From: Catajapyx aquilonaris
Lineage: Eukaryota
Assembly: GCA_000934665.2 (NCBI GenBank)
Contig: KZ538706.1
Location: 1 to 52,623, forward strand
Reading direction: 5' to 3'
DNA length: 52,623 nucleotides
Shown: positions 23,074 to 38,300 of the stretch, one piece after another
Layout: each line of letters opens with the position of its first letter
Position numbering within the stretch: the first letter of the stretch is position 1
Program-made: the position numbers and the translations under genes
Notes under the pieces: generated by a model
Told to the model about the DNA's origin: nothing
The model's database searches: none
What the model saw: only the letters and a program-made list of their open reading frames with translations

Positions 23074-26000
23074 TAATGTGCGTGTTCGCGCATGTGCAAG
23101 AACCAGACCCAAACTTTGTAGTTCAACTGCATCCTAGAAGTTCCTAATCCCCATCCACATTTCTCCTTCTCGCTTCTGATGATAGTTATCTTGGGCAGAA
23201 AAACACCCTGCGTAATGGCAGCAGTGATTAGAGATCAAAATATTAGCTGCTAATATTACGTGGAATGAAAGAATAATTCTTTGAGACAGTTTTCTGGCCA
23301 GAAAAGAGAAATAAAAGATCAATTATTTTGTACTCACAGAGTTTCCCGTGTATGGAACTCGGTATATAGGGGAATCACTGTTAATATTTTTTGGCAAAAC
23401 ATGCAGGCACAAAAGTTTGTATACATAACCAGAGGTTACTGTATATACTCCTGCATTAGACGCCATAAGAAATATTTCGACTTTTCAAGCAACCACCTTA
23501 ACAACGGTGCTCTGTACTCTGAAATATACCATGTCACCTGTCGGAAGGTTACATTTGACATATTCTTTCAGCAGGTTTAATTACTATATTATCAGGCATT
23601 GAACTTGACTAACCAAACCAACTTGGCCAACAGGCTATTAAAATGACACAATAGGGCATAATAGGGTGGCAAGAAAGCACACCTGCGAGACCTCTTCTGA
23701 TGCACCGCTGTCTTCCCCCAGACAGTCCAAACTGAGCCACCGAGCGAGTCATCTCCACCCAGCATCCAACCGCCCGTACCTACTTAGTTACCGCACCACA
23801 GTTGTGCACAAAAGCGTCGCTCAAAGCCCGACCAGCCATGTAGTGCGGTTGATAAACTCCTCTCTCATGGCCGAAAACTTGTCATTGTCATCAGCACAAG
23901 ACCAATGCTTCGGCGAGTGTTGCAGCAGGAATGCAGAACCACGAGCGAGCAGCACCTCAAAGAGTCTTCCTTTGCAAAGGACGGAACAGCACCGAGCCAA
24001 TTAGCGGCATGGTAATCTAATCGTGGTACGGGCTGCTGCTGCTTTGTTTTCTGAAGGTCCCATTTCAGGCGACAATGGATGAAACATCCTTGTCCGAGCT
24101 CTCATCTTATACCCTCCCCATCCTGTTTGTTCTTCCACCTGCTTGTTTGTTGCGCAAGTCGAAAACACAGTGCGCATCGCTCCAGGGCTAATGACCCCCT
24201 GCCTAATGTGTTTCGCCTGCGCGAATTAACTGCATGAACAGAATTTGCAGAATTTTGCTGTGCATCAACGCGGTTTGAAATATGGGTCGCAGTTCCTTAT
24301 GGAGAGGTTGGCAGATAGCGTTGACTGGCCGTATGCCGTTGGGGCCTTCAAGATCCACCAATAGGATTTTGATTCATCTAATTTACAAATTGATAATATG
24401 AGGTGATGCGTTCAAGTGCCGTATTTGGGGTTAAATTGCCGTTTTGGGTGGGCAACAGCTTTTATATTTCATGTTGAGTAGGGTCTACACTCTACAGGCT
24501 GCTCAGACTATAATTATGAGCAGCCAAATGACGTCATGAAATTATCAACTGAACATCTCGTGGGTATGCAAGAGCAATCCACTAAATCCAGTTTTGTAGA
24601 CTGAGTTATTTATGCTACTAAGAGTAAGTCGATTTTTTCTGCTATATTGCCTGGTGAAGTATATTTAATCCTCAAGATTGATAAGGAGCCAGAAACCCAG
24701 GATTTTCTCTATTCACTAGCATGCCAACAAGTTCTTTGCTGTGGATTATCTAGAAACTAAGTTTTTCGACTGCTTGTTAGTGTTTTACGTGTGTGCCAAC
24801 GATATGCAGTGTGTTTCAGAATTGAGCTCACATTCATATCGGAATATCTTGCCCCTGTGAACCAACTTTCAAGTTGGGAGTGCAATCAGCAAAATCCATG
24901 GGCTCTCTAAAGTTCGTTGTATGTAGCTCACTGCCATACTTGAATATGAGGCGACAATCATGGGGCGAGTGGAATTGGGCGTCCTCAAAGAGAAAGAGAA
25001 AGAGAAAAAAAAAAAACGATACAAGTTTTTTCATCACTTCTGATTTGATGGGAAGAATTCACGTCAAAGGAAGCCTCGTGCTGGAGGTGATTAGGGCGGG
25101 GTAGTGATAAAAGCTGGCTTTACTGCCTCATAGCTAATGGAAAGGGATATAAGAAATGCTGTATAGCCCATATTATCAGGTATATTTCGTATGTGTCTTA
25201 TAGGCCAAAGAAAAATTTTTTATCAAAGGTTTTTGATAAATATTTCGATTCTAGTCCTCGTAATACAAAAATACGTCATTGGTCTAGTAGTGTTGGAAGG
25301 AATAACGCGAAATATCAATCCGTTTGTAACACAAAAGGATATAATTATGTTATTCTGAACGAGCTTTTCTTAGTATCTACAGAGGATGTCACAACTCAAA
25401 GTCTAACCAAGCTTTTATGGCACAATAAGCATACCAAGTGCTCGTATGTATTTTTAATTATTTCGCCACAACAATGAAATCATCCTCTTTCTGATAACTA
25501 GTTAGCAAGGAGCTTTTGCCCGTAAGTAATAATTGTATAATCCCCTCAAAGACTACTTATGCAGCTGATTTATTATTCACCAGTGCAAGCTGCAGGGCAT
25601 TCACATTGTCAAGTCCGTACAGGTCTACACATTGTAAATAAGCACATGAAGCTTTCTGTTATTGTGTATAAGGATCTATTTTGCCATGCTCGGCGACAAT
25701 ATTATTACAGCGAAGGCTGTTGCTACTAACATTATTTTTGGAATAGTGGAAATCTGTTTTTGCTAGTTGTTACTGGAGTTGTAGATTCCCGTTTTGAAAA
25801 GCAAAATATATTATGAAAATGTTTCAAATTCAAAAAGCCACAAAGACAATGGCTGAAATCAGAATTTTGTGCGTAACATGCCTTAGCACATGGAAATGCT
25901 TATTACCAAGGTACAATTTTTTTTCCTTAACACCATTCTTGTAAAGCAATAATCATTCCATCCAGCTCTTGGCGTCGAGACAGCAGGGGAAAGTGAGACC

Positions 26001-29000
26001 AGAAAAAAACCTTATCTTTGATGCATTTTCCCCCCTTCACATGGCTCAATCTCTAGCTCCCGACGCGACGCGACGGTACCAAATATGTTGCGATGACGTC
26101 AAAGTGAAGCAGGAGTCTCAGATTGAAGCAGGATGTTATCATTGGAAATGTTCTGACCCCACTCGGAAGTAGCTATCAGCAATTCCGTGTCTGCAGTTTC
26201 TAAAATGGCTTCCCTTAGCTTTTTTGCTGCAACGGCCAGGCAATGACAGGATACCGTGATTGCGATGCATGCAGCCTGACATTTCTGCAACAAGTGGCCA
26301 GCGAGCGTAACATACAGTGTCTTTTCAGCAGCCATTCTATAGTTAGCAAGCAAGAGAACTAATCGTTGGAAAATCGCGAGGTTGCTATGAATAGTTTGTG
26401 TTCGGACTATTTAATTTGTTTAAAATGTAAAGACAAATTTATTTACAAAATATGACCCTCCATTCCCATGAGGAATTCCGACCTTTCCGAGGACTTCTCA
26501 TGGGGATATACTGTATAGCAGGCTGTAGGGCGGTGGGTATATGGCGTTCTTGATCCAGTTGTCATTACCATCAATCAGAATAGTGATGCTGATGTTTGTT
26601 GGCGAACGAGGCTCATCAGCCAAGTCATTCGTGCTTCAGGCCCGATTTATCACGTTAATGTGGCCTTCGCTAGCATCGCAATGAGATTTATGTAGCAAGA
26701 TTGTTGCTCGAAGCATCTCCCGGCAACAACCATCTGGGACTCAGCATCGCTTTGTCAAGGCATATATATTATTCCACGTGAGCTCGTGCACTCCATGCAG
26801 GCTTGCGTTTTTCAATCAAGTTGTTACCAATGAATGGTGCAGTATTGCAATATCCGTTTGGAACACTACTTCTGGGCCGGCAAAAACGCCGTTTACATGT
26901 CCTCGACTAGGTGGAGGGACAAAATAAGGGAACACTAAAGTTCAATTTGCATTGACAAGCTACTCGTTCATGGGAACGCTCAATGTGTTGCTGCCAGGAG
27001 CTAGTTTCAACCCCCTCGACGACTATAGTAGACTATTGCTGCGGGCCAGCTTTTCATTTAACGAGTCCATTTCTAACTCAATAATATTCTCGCCTGCGGA
27101 TATTCCCCCAACAAGTTTAGAAACTCACGCTCTGTTCTGCATATTCCATGCACTTGCAAACAGATGGGGAGGGTAAGGGGTGGCAAGTGGAGGTGGGGAG
27201 AGATGAAAAAAGGAAACGGTTGGGTTCATTTGTTTAAATATGCGGAAACGTATTCACACAAAGGGTGGAAAAGAGATCCTACCAAATTCCAACTCCAATT
27301 CCGTTTCTTTCATTCTAATATTTGCGTAATAACACGCACTGACAAGTTTCGTTTTCCCAAGGAAAATTCATACGTCCCTATTGTTCGCTTGGCACGTGCA
27401 ATGACTTTTTTTTTAAATGCGAAAGTAAGCCTTTGGAATATGACAATGTCCTAATGGTAGCTAAATAATCAACTGCTCGAAAGGACTGTTCTCACAATAC
27501 TGAACCTATTCTGGATCGTGGACAATAGTGGATATGCCATTATTTTGGATCCCACGTATGTTTACTTTCTATAGTTAGTTGCTTGAAATTATTTTAATTT
27601 TACTGTCATACTTTGCAGGTTCGTAAAATATTTCAAAATCAGTGACTGATAGATTTCTTTCTTGCTACATACATTTTTCCATTTCATGCTAAATTGAGTT
27701 TTCAACGGGAAAGAAAAGTTCACCTATTATTTTTCGTTGAGAAAGCCATAGACATCAAACGTAGATACTACCCCCTTTTTGAAAAGTTCAGAAAATTACA
27801 CAGCTGTCTCTCACTGTTAAAACTAGTTTGAAACCAATTTAATGCAATGTAATTTAACAAAACTTTCTTCCATTAACAGCAATCCCGCAAATGAATCGCA
27901 TTAGTTCACATGTTTTTCTTGGTACGACTGCGAGGTGGAAAGGTCAAGTTGTGTACAACAAAGGGATTCGACCTAATTCATCCTCCTATTTAATTAGTCT
28001 GCGATGTGTGATTTCCTTGGGAAAAGGAGGACAGTTGTACAGATGGTCAGGGAAGCAGGTGGGATTGTGGTCCTAACGTGCATGCAACCCACTCTGCTCC
28101 ATTCCCGAGGCTGCTCTACTCGGCTCCACCTGATCTTGTTTGTTCCACTTGCTCAATGCTGCCTCATTTATTTGCATGCCGCTAAAGGTATAGGCCATCT
28201 GTTTTAGAGTAATGAAGTCACTGTTATATACGGTGTGTGGTACACGTTCCCTCGAAATCGCGTGTCTTGTTAGAGAGTTGGGAGGGGTTCGGAGAATGAG
28301 GTAAACCTCTTGTCATAACGTTAACCGAAGCGGAAAACTTTGAGTACATTTATGCTCTTTAACATTGTTCGTATAATCAGGTTAACTTCAATAGAAACAA
28401 CTCATCCGTGTGCCAGAAATGCTTTGGTTACAATGTTAATATTCGATTTGACAAAGCACTCACAGTAACATCCACATCAAATTTGTGAGATTAGACGATT
28501 CATGATGGTACTCAGACCCTTTTGCTTGCAGGGCAAAAGCATATCTGACACTACTAATACAACACTCCTCTCATCTGTCTGTCGAATATGCCTTAAGCAA
28601 GCCATTAAAACAGAGGTACTTGCATAAAGGCCCTGCTAAGCATGCACATTTGCCCGTGTCTTATTGCTGCAAGTGGTTAAGATAATGTTGACAATGACCA
28701 CATCATTCAGCCATGATCTATGCCGCACTTGTTACACCCTTGGGAGACAACCTGACAACTTTCGACAGCAACGTCACTTCAAAAACTTCGCAACGGACAA
28801 AGGCTGACGTAAAAAAATTGAGCAAGGAGTTTGGTTATTGCGGTGCAACCTGTCTCGTTTCGAACGCCTTAAATGCCGCAGGAGATGGAAGAGTCAAGTA
28901 GTTTGGTCGCTGGCGCCCCCCCCCCTCCCCCCCTCCCCCCGATACCCCCGCTTCTCTCCTCCTTGGAATGCTGACCAGCGTGTCTTGTTCCATGCAGTCG

Positions 29001-29374
29001 GCAACTTGTACTTGGAGCCTAATATGAATTCCAATTTGGAAGGAAAGGGGGAAGTTTGGTTGTGAGGCCTGCATATGGAAAACCGCATTGGGATTCTTGG
29101 CAAGTTCTTTGTTCTGAGGAATTTCGCCCTTCGACGCTGTTCGATTGATAAGTAGGACACGCTCCGTGCCGAGACGCCCCAGAGACTATGGGAACGCCAT
29201 CGAGCCGACTCTCAATGTCTTAATCAAATTACACATCTTTCGTCATGTTTAATTAGTGTGCTCTGTAATCTCAACCGCATTCCCATCGCCCCGTTCATCA
29301 ACCGGCAGAGAGTTTGGAACGTGCGAGGACCACTCATCGGCCATCCCGTGCGTGTACGTCGCTTCCCAAATTGA

Positions 29375-29388
29375 CCGCCAGATGGTGC
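29375..29388 (+). promoter_or_regulatory. CTCF-like motif
   Basis: CCGCCAGATGGTGC resembles the CTCF core. Motif match only, no functional evidence. Confidence 0.25.
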
Positions 29389-32215
29389 GCAAATCCCCCT
29401 GTACAACGGAAAGCAAGATGCAGCAAATCGAAGTCCAGCAGGGTCCGGGTCGGGAAAAGGTCCGGGAAGTAATATACAGCATTACCGAACAAGAGTGTAC
29501 GTACATGACCAGGAGTAACGTGAGCGGCTGTGTAAATTGGCTGATGAATCAAAAGTAGGTTGGCCAGGGGGCACCACTTGAAGACACGCTTCGCACGTCT
29601 CCTTTCTACCCGGTCTTACTATATTGCACCTACGATAAGCTCGGCCACCCCCTAAAAGTAAATCACATGTCTGGGAGTCTCTCCTGTGTGTCCAGCAGAA
29701 CTAAACGGATCTTTAATGGCCAGTTTGCCTCTTTTGAATGGCACTTTATGGTACGCCGCAATTCCCAGCGCCAAGCAAAAGTCCGCACGCAGGAGCAAGG
29801 CCGGTGGCCAAATGAAGGCCTTTGGGGTGGCCCTGGGACCACTTTCAAAAAATCGAACCCTTTTGCCAAGGAACTGGCTCTCCCTTATAGTCCTATTCCT
29901 CTCGCTTTTTCCCTGGCTATCGGTTACACACTGGATCGAGGGGGAAAAAAGGAAGGGAGATGAGCTTAATGAAAAAATTGAAAACCTACGTACAGGAAGC
30001 ATATATCCTACTGGGATACCGATATTCAAATGGATTTTTGGCATAGCTGGAAGCGGTTATATGCTAGGAAGTACGATACTGCAGGTACGACTCACTATAA
30101 TGCAGGCCATATATAAGCATCAGACATATGCTGAATAATATTGATTAAGTTCCACCAATATTATTTCACCAGATGTTCCACATTGTTTTCCTTTCGCTAA
30201 AATAAACTGCACATTATTTAGGCTAGGGAAAAAACACTGTTATGAAGGCCATGCACAACGTGAAAAGCATGTCAGTTTTATAAAGTTCAATAATTCATGT
30301 ATTTTTAATATAACCTATATTTCTATAAGAATATAATTATTACACTATACCTCATAGCATTTTAAACAATTTCAGACAAAAACCATAATGATCTGTTGAA
30401 TCACTTAACAAATTATGTAGACTATAGTTAAAGTTAAATGTCTTTAAATCTATGCCAAAGGTTCCTTCCAGATATACAGTAGGTTTACTGTTTCTGTTTT
30501 ACAAGTAGGAATTTACTGTACAGGCACAGATGGATGATATTACTTTTAAAATGTAAATGAAGAATTTATTGATATGCAGAACAATCTGAGGCACATTCTG
30601 GTTGAAATTGAATAGGCAGTGTTTAATACGTATAGCACCCGAAGAGTACTTTCTGATAGTCCAATTAGATTTCGGATAGAATAATTACACGAATAACGAA
30701 TTTGTGAAAAGCAATCCCATTATGTGTAATGCTCTCTTCGACCCTAACTTCATCAAATTAATGCGACCATGATAATGCTTGAGGCCTTTACATACATTTT
30801 GAATATTTCTTCAGGCTTCAGAGCTTGCAGTGTCTCACACGGTTCCAGACTGCTGCTTATGCATTGAACTATACAGTATCTCGATGCAGAAACTATTTTT
30901 GTGAACACTCGGTACAGTACACCTGCTCACCTTCTATTATCTACTAAGTTACTAGTGTTCGTGTCCAGTTAAATATCGACTAATGCAGTAAATGAGTTTG
31001 CATATAATTTATCAGCTATTTGTTTTTGAAGATGACAATCTGAATCTTATCCGATTATAAAAATTTTGTATAGGAGAACTAACTGTAATATTTAAAGTCA
31101 GGTTCCTCTCATCGCCATATCTGAGTCCCACCCAGTCCGGATAACTCACCGCGATAATCGAGGACGATTAGAAGCTCGGCAAGACGCGGAGTCGTCATGC
31201 CTTGCGTATAGTAATTTCTGAGGCAGTATACCATACATATGAATGACATGACAAATCTTCTCTTGCCGAGCTTCCACTCGTACTTAGTCATTGCCGTTGG
31301 TGGTTGGTTATGCGGAGATATTGGCATATCTGAACCTAGGCCTACACTATTTTCTACGTGCTTAAAGTGAACTTTAGTTCCCGTCTCTCATAAGACGAGT
31401 ATACGTAAAAGCTGTTAATAAAATTATCCAGGCCTATAATACTGTACATAAAATATAGGTTTTTCCTACACCTGTGCTTTGGCAAACAGTAGTTTCATTT
31501 TACGCCACTAATTATCACGCGCACTCCAAAGTACAGTACCTCTAGGTAACTTTAGTCACTCTTAAACACGTGAAACTTGGTCCTTAGAAGAGAAGACGTT
31601 TTCCACGATAACTCCGGAAGTCTGGCTCACTCGGATACTACATTCTCCTTGAGGATATCTGACAACAAGAGATAGGTACCAACACCAATTAGGAAGTTTA
31701 GACTTTTCTTGTTGTGCGAGAATGAAAGTCGTGTCATTGCCCCCTGAGAGCCTTTATCTCACCATCTCTTATGTTTTAATGCCAGTGTGCTTGCACTCAT
31801 GATGAATTATAAAGCCAACATATTATCATAACAACACGCACTACAGTCCCATAATTAGGAATAATGATTTTTTTACTATTGTATGTAGACCTGATAAGCA
31901 GAACAATACGACACATTTTGGTAGAAATTTTATTATCCAATGTCTTATACATACCTTGAAGGGTACTTTATGATGGTCAAGCATTTTCCTGATAGTGCTT
32001 TAAGATATTTTCGAAAATCAATACCATAAATAATAATGCAATCTATAAAATTAAAATATTCACAGCTAAAAACCAGTAAAAACCAGCTCTGACCGTTCTG
32101 TATTTCAGGCTTTCAAAAATACTTTTTGTTGTTACTAACAGTTAGTGTCATAATGGAACATATTTGGCTAAGCTCCTGAAATAAATTGTCCCAGTGCTAC
32201 AGCAATACTAGGTAC

Positions 32216-32379
32216 AAGTGTTGGACATTAATCGAGGCATACTGCTGGCGACATTTTCCGAAGCGGCAGAAGAACGAATCGAAGATAAGGATACTGCAAG
32301 CCGGGCTAGCAAGATTCCTTCTTCTGCCGCTTCGGAAAATGTCGCTAGCAGTATATGCCTCGATTAATGTCCAACACTT
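32216..32379. mobile_element. MITE-like fold-back, 164 bp
   Basis: Arms 32216-32280 and 32313-32379 (about 65 bp, few mismatches, one 2-bp indel). No TSD found. Confidence 0.55.
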
Positions 32380-35300
32380 ACTGTGGCACAATATTATTCT
32401 GGACACTTTGACTTGATTTCTTACGGGAGTGTGTCCATGATAATAATTATTGTGGCCATAGTACCGTGTCTGCAAATCCTGATATATGAAGGCTCCATAG
32501 GGTGCGGAAATTGACAAAAAAACTTAAATATTCGACCTCGAAGGAAGATTACAAAAATACACTTGGCTTACAAATTGAAATAGAGCATATACCGTACCCT
32601 GTACTGTACATTGGAATAAAACTCCCCATCCCTGACAGAATTTTTAAAATCCGCTTACGTTCTTTTTAAACACGGGCATGAAAGAGGCTCGAATCTCAAC
32701 TAGGCAAAAACCATGCCTATAACATTGCATTCGCAAATTGTAAGGTTTTATATATGGAGACAAAGCATCTTCCAGAGTTGGAACGTCAACAGGCCTACTT
32801 CAAGGTAACCCTTCCAGAAAAGCTTTACTTTATTTTGTTTGTGAGAAGACAAACTAATTCAGAATGTTAACGCTATTAGCCCATGTTTGAACAAAATGGA
32901 CTTATGTGCTGCACTTTCACTCTGAGCACTTTTATTATTTCTGGCTGATATTATAAAGCACTTTCATCAACAGTGAAAGCACATCATTATTTCAAGCTGC
33001 GAATGCAGCCCCTGTACGTTCTCCCACTCCTGTACAAGCATTTAAAGTGGATGAACTGAACAGTCGTGTAACCATGTACTGTCCAAAGAGCGGCTTTAAA
33101 AAAAACTGCGGCAGTAACGAGTGCCTATAAACGGCTTTAATATTCGACGACCAGAGGTGATGTTCTGAACCTTCCTCCATTGTGGATTCTATTCAGTACA
33201 TTAATATACAGCCGCACACAATGTGCTCCATATATAGACCCCCACCTACTGTAGTACGTGATGAATGACGATTCTGCGGTGTCTGGCATAGTATAGAACT
33301 GTAGGTCATGAACCCAGGAGAGCCAAATATCAAACTGGCTCGGAACAATATTGCGACGACATTATGCAGCACTAACGATGTAGAATCTCGCTTCAAGTTT
33401 CCGGAGACAAGCGAATTATCAACATTCACATTACTCTGGAAATGCAGAGGCCAAGTCTGAGAGAGCGAGCGTAATGTTTGGCAGCGCCCGACACATGGAC
33501 TAATTCCCACAGACCTCTCTCCACACAAGACAAGGTATGCTTTTCCACGGGGGGTATAATTTAGCGATGCGGAATGGTCACATCGGCCGGGTCAAGAGGC
33601 AGGCCAGACCATCTCTCGGAAATGCCTGAAGCTCCCCGTTAGAGTTACGAGACACCATCACATCCCCTCAAGAAACGACAATCGATTCCCCCCCAGTTTC
33701 CACCACCAACCCTACTTCCCTCCTCCCACCACCTCCCCCGCAACCCCCTCCTCTCGAAACGAATGAACCATCAAATTGGAGAGACTGTCGTTTTACTAAC
33801 CATTACCTCAAATTGCGAGATTCTGAGGCTTGTCGGTAGCCCGCAGGGATTATGAAAGCTAAAATACGCCGGGATAAATGCCAATTAAAAGTGATTAGAA
33901 TCGCGCCGAGGGATGTCCTTGATGGAACTCCAGCTTCATACAAGCGCGTTACACTAACTGCAGTATACAGCAAGTACTGCTAGAGTGAGCAGGTGTCTGT
34001 GACGTCATGCGCCAACTGGCCTGCTTTCATCATATGCAGCGTCGTTCCCAATTTCTGGCCTGTCTTTTAAAATATTTTAACTATATATGGACTTGGAGCT
34101 CCCCCTTTTAAATGCGCTTCCAGGCAATACTGGAAGGTGCAATACTTGAAGTTGCATTTCAATCCAGGATCTAAGCCCAAATGATATGAAATCAAACGAT
34201 AACCCAGCCACACCCGACCAGGTCGAAATCGGAGCTCGATCCTGACTGCTACAAGTATCCTAGTCAAGCCGGGGCGCCAAAGCTACTCAGGCAGAGAGGA
34301 AAGGACCGGAGGAGAGTGAAATCCTCTTGAAAACTTCCACCAGAATAATCCCTTTCCCAAAGCCCCTCCCCGCCTCCACTCTGGAGGCAATATTGCAAGC
34401 GTAGGCCGGCTTTCCTATTCAAGAACTTGTCTCCGGATAGATAGAGCAGGCTCGTTGGTCATCCAAGACTCTGCTTCCCATCTGTGGCCCAGAGTTTAAG
34501 GCCACTCTGGGATAGAAGTGGGGACCAGGGATCGAGAAGGGTGGGTAGGAATATTTAAAAAAAAGAGGAAAGGGGAGAAAAGTAACATCTCTTTAGTGCA
34601 TCTCCAAAAGCGGCTCGAAGACGAAGAGCATTAAATCAAATAAAAGATGACGAATGGATATATTATGGGTTATTCAAGTCAGGAAATCGAGGAGAATTCG
34701 CTACCAAAGCCCCGAATTGCAGTAAATCAAGGACATTACCGCCGTATTACCACCTTCTCGCCCACATGGAATTCTCGCAAAATCCTCTCACGAGTCGAGG
34801 CCTGGTAAAGGTCCCGAGAAAACTGCGGAGGGGCCGGAAAGGGAGGAGGAAAAAAAAGGGGGGGAGGAGGGAGAGAATCTATAGAGCAATGCAATCTTCC
34901 GAAAGAGTTTCTCGGTCACTGGATTCCGAGCATTAAATAGCTTTAGCAAATTCTGGAAAGAAAATGTGATGCCAGCTCGTACTTGCGTACCTGAATGTTG
35001 GGAGTTCCACATATGACAGGGTAACTGCTATAAAAGAGGAGAAACTATTTCCGTTCTATACCGTGAGAAACATTGCTTACTTCACTTTTCCAGCGTGCTG
35101 CCTGAGAAACCCTTCAACCCAGTTCGCAGAAAACGCCGTTTCCTGTCATGCTTCGGTACCTGTTCCTACCAAGATGGTGAACACAGTGTCAGACCTGGTG
35201 ATGACCGCCTGACGGGTGATCAATTTTCTTCATCTACTGGTGCAAAAATTATTCTAGCTCCCCTGCAACAAAAAATGGCGGAAATTAGAAACTTAAACTC

Positions 35301-38300
35301 AAAATGACACCTTACCTACTATATTCCTCTCTCGGATCATTATCGACTAAGAGAAGGAGGTCAACTAAATGGCAGCGAAGTTAACACCTGCAAAGAGAAG
35401 TTTCCCTCACCCTCCTTCCGCCTTGTACAGCTTCATTACACCCTGTTCCGGCGGTGACGTATATGAAGCAATCCGGATACGTGTTAATTAGAGATGTATT
35501 TGGGATGACGAGGCAAAGTAACTCAATTACCCTGTTGCATTATCCGAGGAACAGCAGAGCCAGCGGGGGACTTTGATGGAAGCCGAGGACACTTTCACGA
35601 GGTGCAATCGTTTAGGCTTTGAGGGGAGAGGGTGATGGGGGAGAAAGCTTCCCATCTTGGGGGGTTGGGGGGAGCTCATTAAAGTCAGTTTGTCATTAAC
35701 GAGCCTGGAGTCTCTTTTTTTCGCTCCCCATGTCGCCTTTTGTTTTCATTGCGCAACTGCCTTTCCGACTTGGAAATCAGGGGGCCCTTAATTTGTTGAC
35801 GTGACGTTTGGAAAACTTGTCACCGTCTCATTTTCCGAGGAAGACGTGCCAAATGAAGTTGACTTGATTCCAACCTAGTAGTATTTCTAGAGATCGTTAA
35901 TATGCTGGCAGAATTTCTACGGAGTGGGGAAAAGCCACCGTGACCGCGATGAAATTAGTCTGGAATTAGAACTCGCCAGGTGGTCGTGGAAAATGTGAGG
36001 TTATAGTAGAATATTAATATTGGCATATAATGAGTGATTTTGATGTCGTTTTTCAAGGTGATTTGATTCGAAGAATGAGGCAATCAATTCTGCAGCAATA
36101 TACGTCTAGTACAAAACTCTTATACTGGTGTGCTGTAAATCTAACAGAAAAGTTACGATTGTTTTTACTAAAACCTCTTGCACAGTATAAAACCTAACAT
36201 TTGGAAATAATTACCGCGTATAATAATGATGGTTCCAACTTGTTAACAGAAGGACCACATAAATCACAGGTGGACTGGGCACCAAAGCAATAATATTGTA
36301 AGATTATGATTAGCACCAAGTGGACAAAATGCCACGAACCAATCATCATTTAAAATTTTTAAACAATGCACAGATGAATGTGAAAGCGGGCAGTTACATA
36401 TTATGTGTCAGCAGTAAGCGCCCTGTTTTCGTAGGAAGAAAAATGCTGAATGCTTTTCCAACCGCAAAGTAAGCCTCGGGGCAATGTCCGATTGCTCCGG
36501 ATCACGTATGGGAAAAACTGACAGAGAGTTATTGTCCGTCGGGGTAAAAGGAGCCTGCATAGGAAATCAATCCAACTGAACAGGAAGATCGACCTTCTAA
36601 AGTAGTCCTAAGTGCCAAACCTTCCAGGAGAAAATCCAATCCTGCCTTTCACCTGTTGAACGCTTCTACCTTTTTCAGATTTCCCTTCCGCCCTACAGCA
36701 TCAAAGTGTTTCACCTATCCTGTAAGCCTACCTGAAGCGAGTCCAGAACAAGTGTTGGCCTGTGTTGCTACAAAAGTTGCAACGGAGGAACAATTTCTAA
36801 ATATATCGTATAAGTATTATCCACCATTTCCTCTCCTCCCCCAGCCCACCTTCCCTTTTATTTCTGCTTTCAACGGTTGCAAAGGACAGCGCCAAGGATT
36901 CCATTCAGTACAGGATGTAAGCCTGAGGCAATGGCGGAGTTTGAGAAGGTTGTAGAAGAGAAGGTAGCAAAGCCGCCAACTGGAAAGAGATTTGGCGCAG
37001 AAGAGACGTGGCTTTTCCCCCGAGGGCTCACTCTCCACTAGGTATAGCTGCAGACAGTGCAGCAACAAGCTGCACTCAGTTTGCCTTCCGTGTCAAACTC
37101 TAATGTACTGTACATCCGGGCTCCTCCCGCTGGACACATCCTGGTACAGATTGTACGAAGAAACTTGCCGTTTTTACTGGCTGCTAAAGTAGGAGCAGCA
37201 GCCCAGAGTGTATACCTAGGGAGGCCCCGTTACTGATTATACAAAGGGTGGCCCAGTAGAGGAAGGAAACCTGAAGGTCACTTGCTTTTGATGAATGGTG
37301 TTACGCTTCGAATTGCATAATTTGCTAGCAAGTCATTTCTGAATTACTGTACTTCAGTGATTACATTACAGACATCTGGAAACTGCAGGTCTGGAGATAT
37401 GGTTGGAAAAACCTGTTATACTTCCCACTAATTGCCGCTAATAAATGCGCTGTAATTAAGGACGTCGAATTATGCCCGATTTCTGAAATGCCAGTTGAAC
37501 TTAACCTGAAAACGGAGCGATTTTAATTTTAAAACACCTATATGAGGCTCGAAATTGTCTTCTGTCGTGGAATTAGTCATTTAAAATCCTGCTGGAGCGA
37601 TTGAAAATGACCGGTACTCCAGGCCTCCTTGCCTAGTTCGTATATGACCATCAATGGCCCCATTGGCACCCAAGGGCCGAGTGCAGGCTAATGAAAAGAG
37701 CGAGCATGTCCAATTAATAGGAGAGCAATTAATTTGAGAGGGTGAGGCAGCAGGGGAAGGTGGGGGTGACAAAGTGTGTTATGTAGTGCCTGGCTCCCCC
37801 TATAGCTAGCCCTGATGGCCACCCCTCTCCATTCAAGCCATTACAGATGAGGTGCGCCGGACCAATAGGTTTATTGAGGGGCCCTCTCAAGTTGCGAGAC
37901 TTTTATTTCGCCTCCAGGCCTGACTCCCATTCGCCTCTCATAACTGCCTTGCTCCACTTGATAATAATCCGCTTTGTGATCATGCGGCAACTCTGCACCA
38001 ATATTTTACGACACAACAAATTCCCGCACACGTTTCTGTTGTTTCATCANGGCCGCAGTGGCGCTTTCCCATGTTAAACTCGCATAGACGGTGGCGCCAC
38101 TGCGGAATTTTTCCATGAGGCTCCGTACTCAGCCGTGGGATACTACTAAAATGGATTCATCGTGTTTGCCTAATGAGCGAATATGCGCGACAACGGGGGG
38201 AGTGGCACATGTTCCACTTGCTAAACTGTTTTCCATCACAGGTTATGTCTCGTGATTCATCAGAGACTTTCTATGGCGGAGTATGGCCGTTAAGAATTAT

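Noticed and set aside
23437..23532. Degenerate pogo-like mini element
   Set aside because: The ends only loosely resemble CCGTATATACTCG-type TIRs and do not pair well with each other.
37680..37990. Enhancer-like cluster of TAAT/ATTA words
   Set aside because: Short motifs are expected by chance in AT-rich DNA; conservation or chromatin data would be needed.
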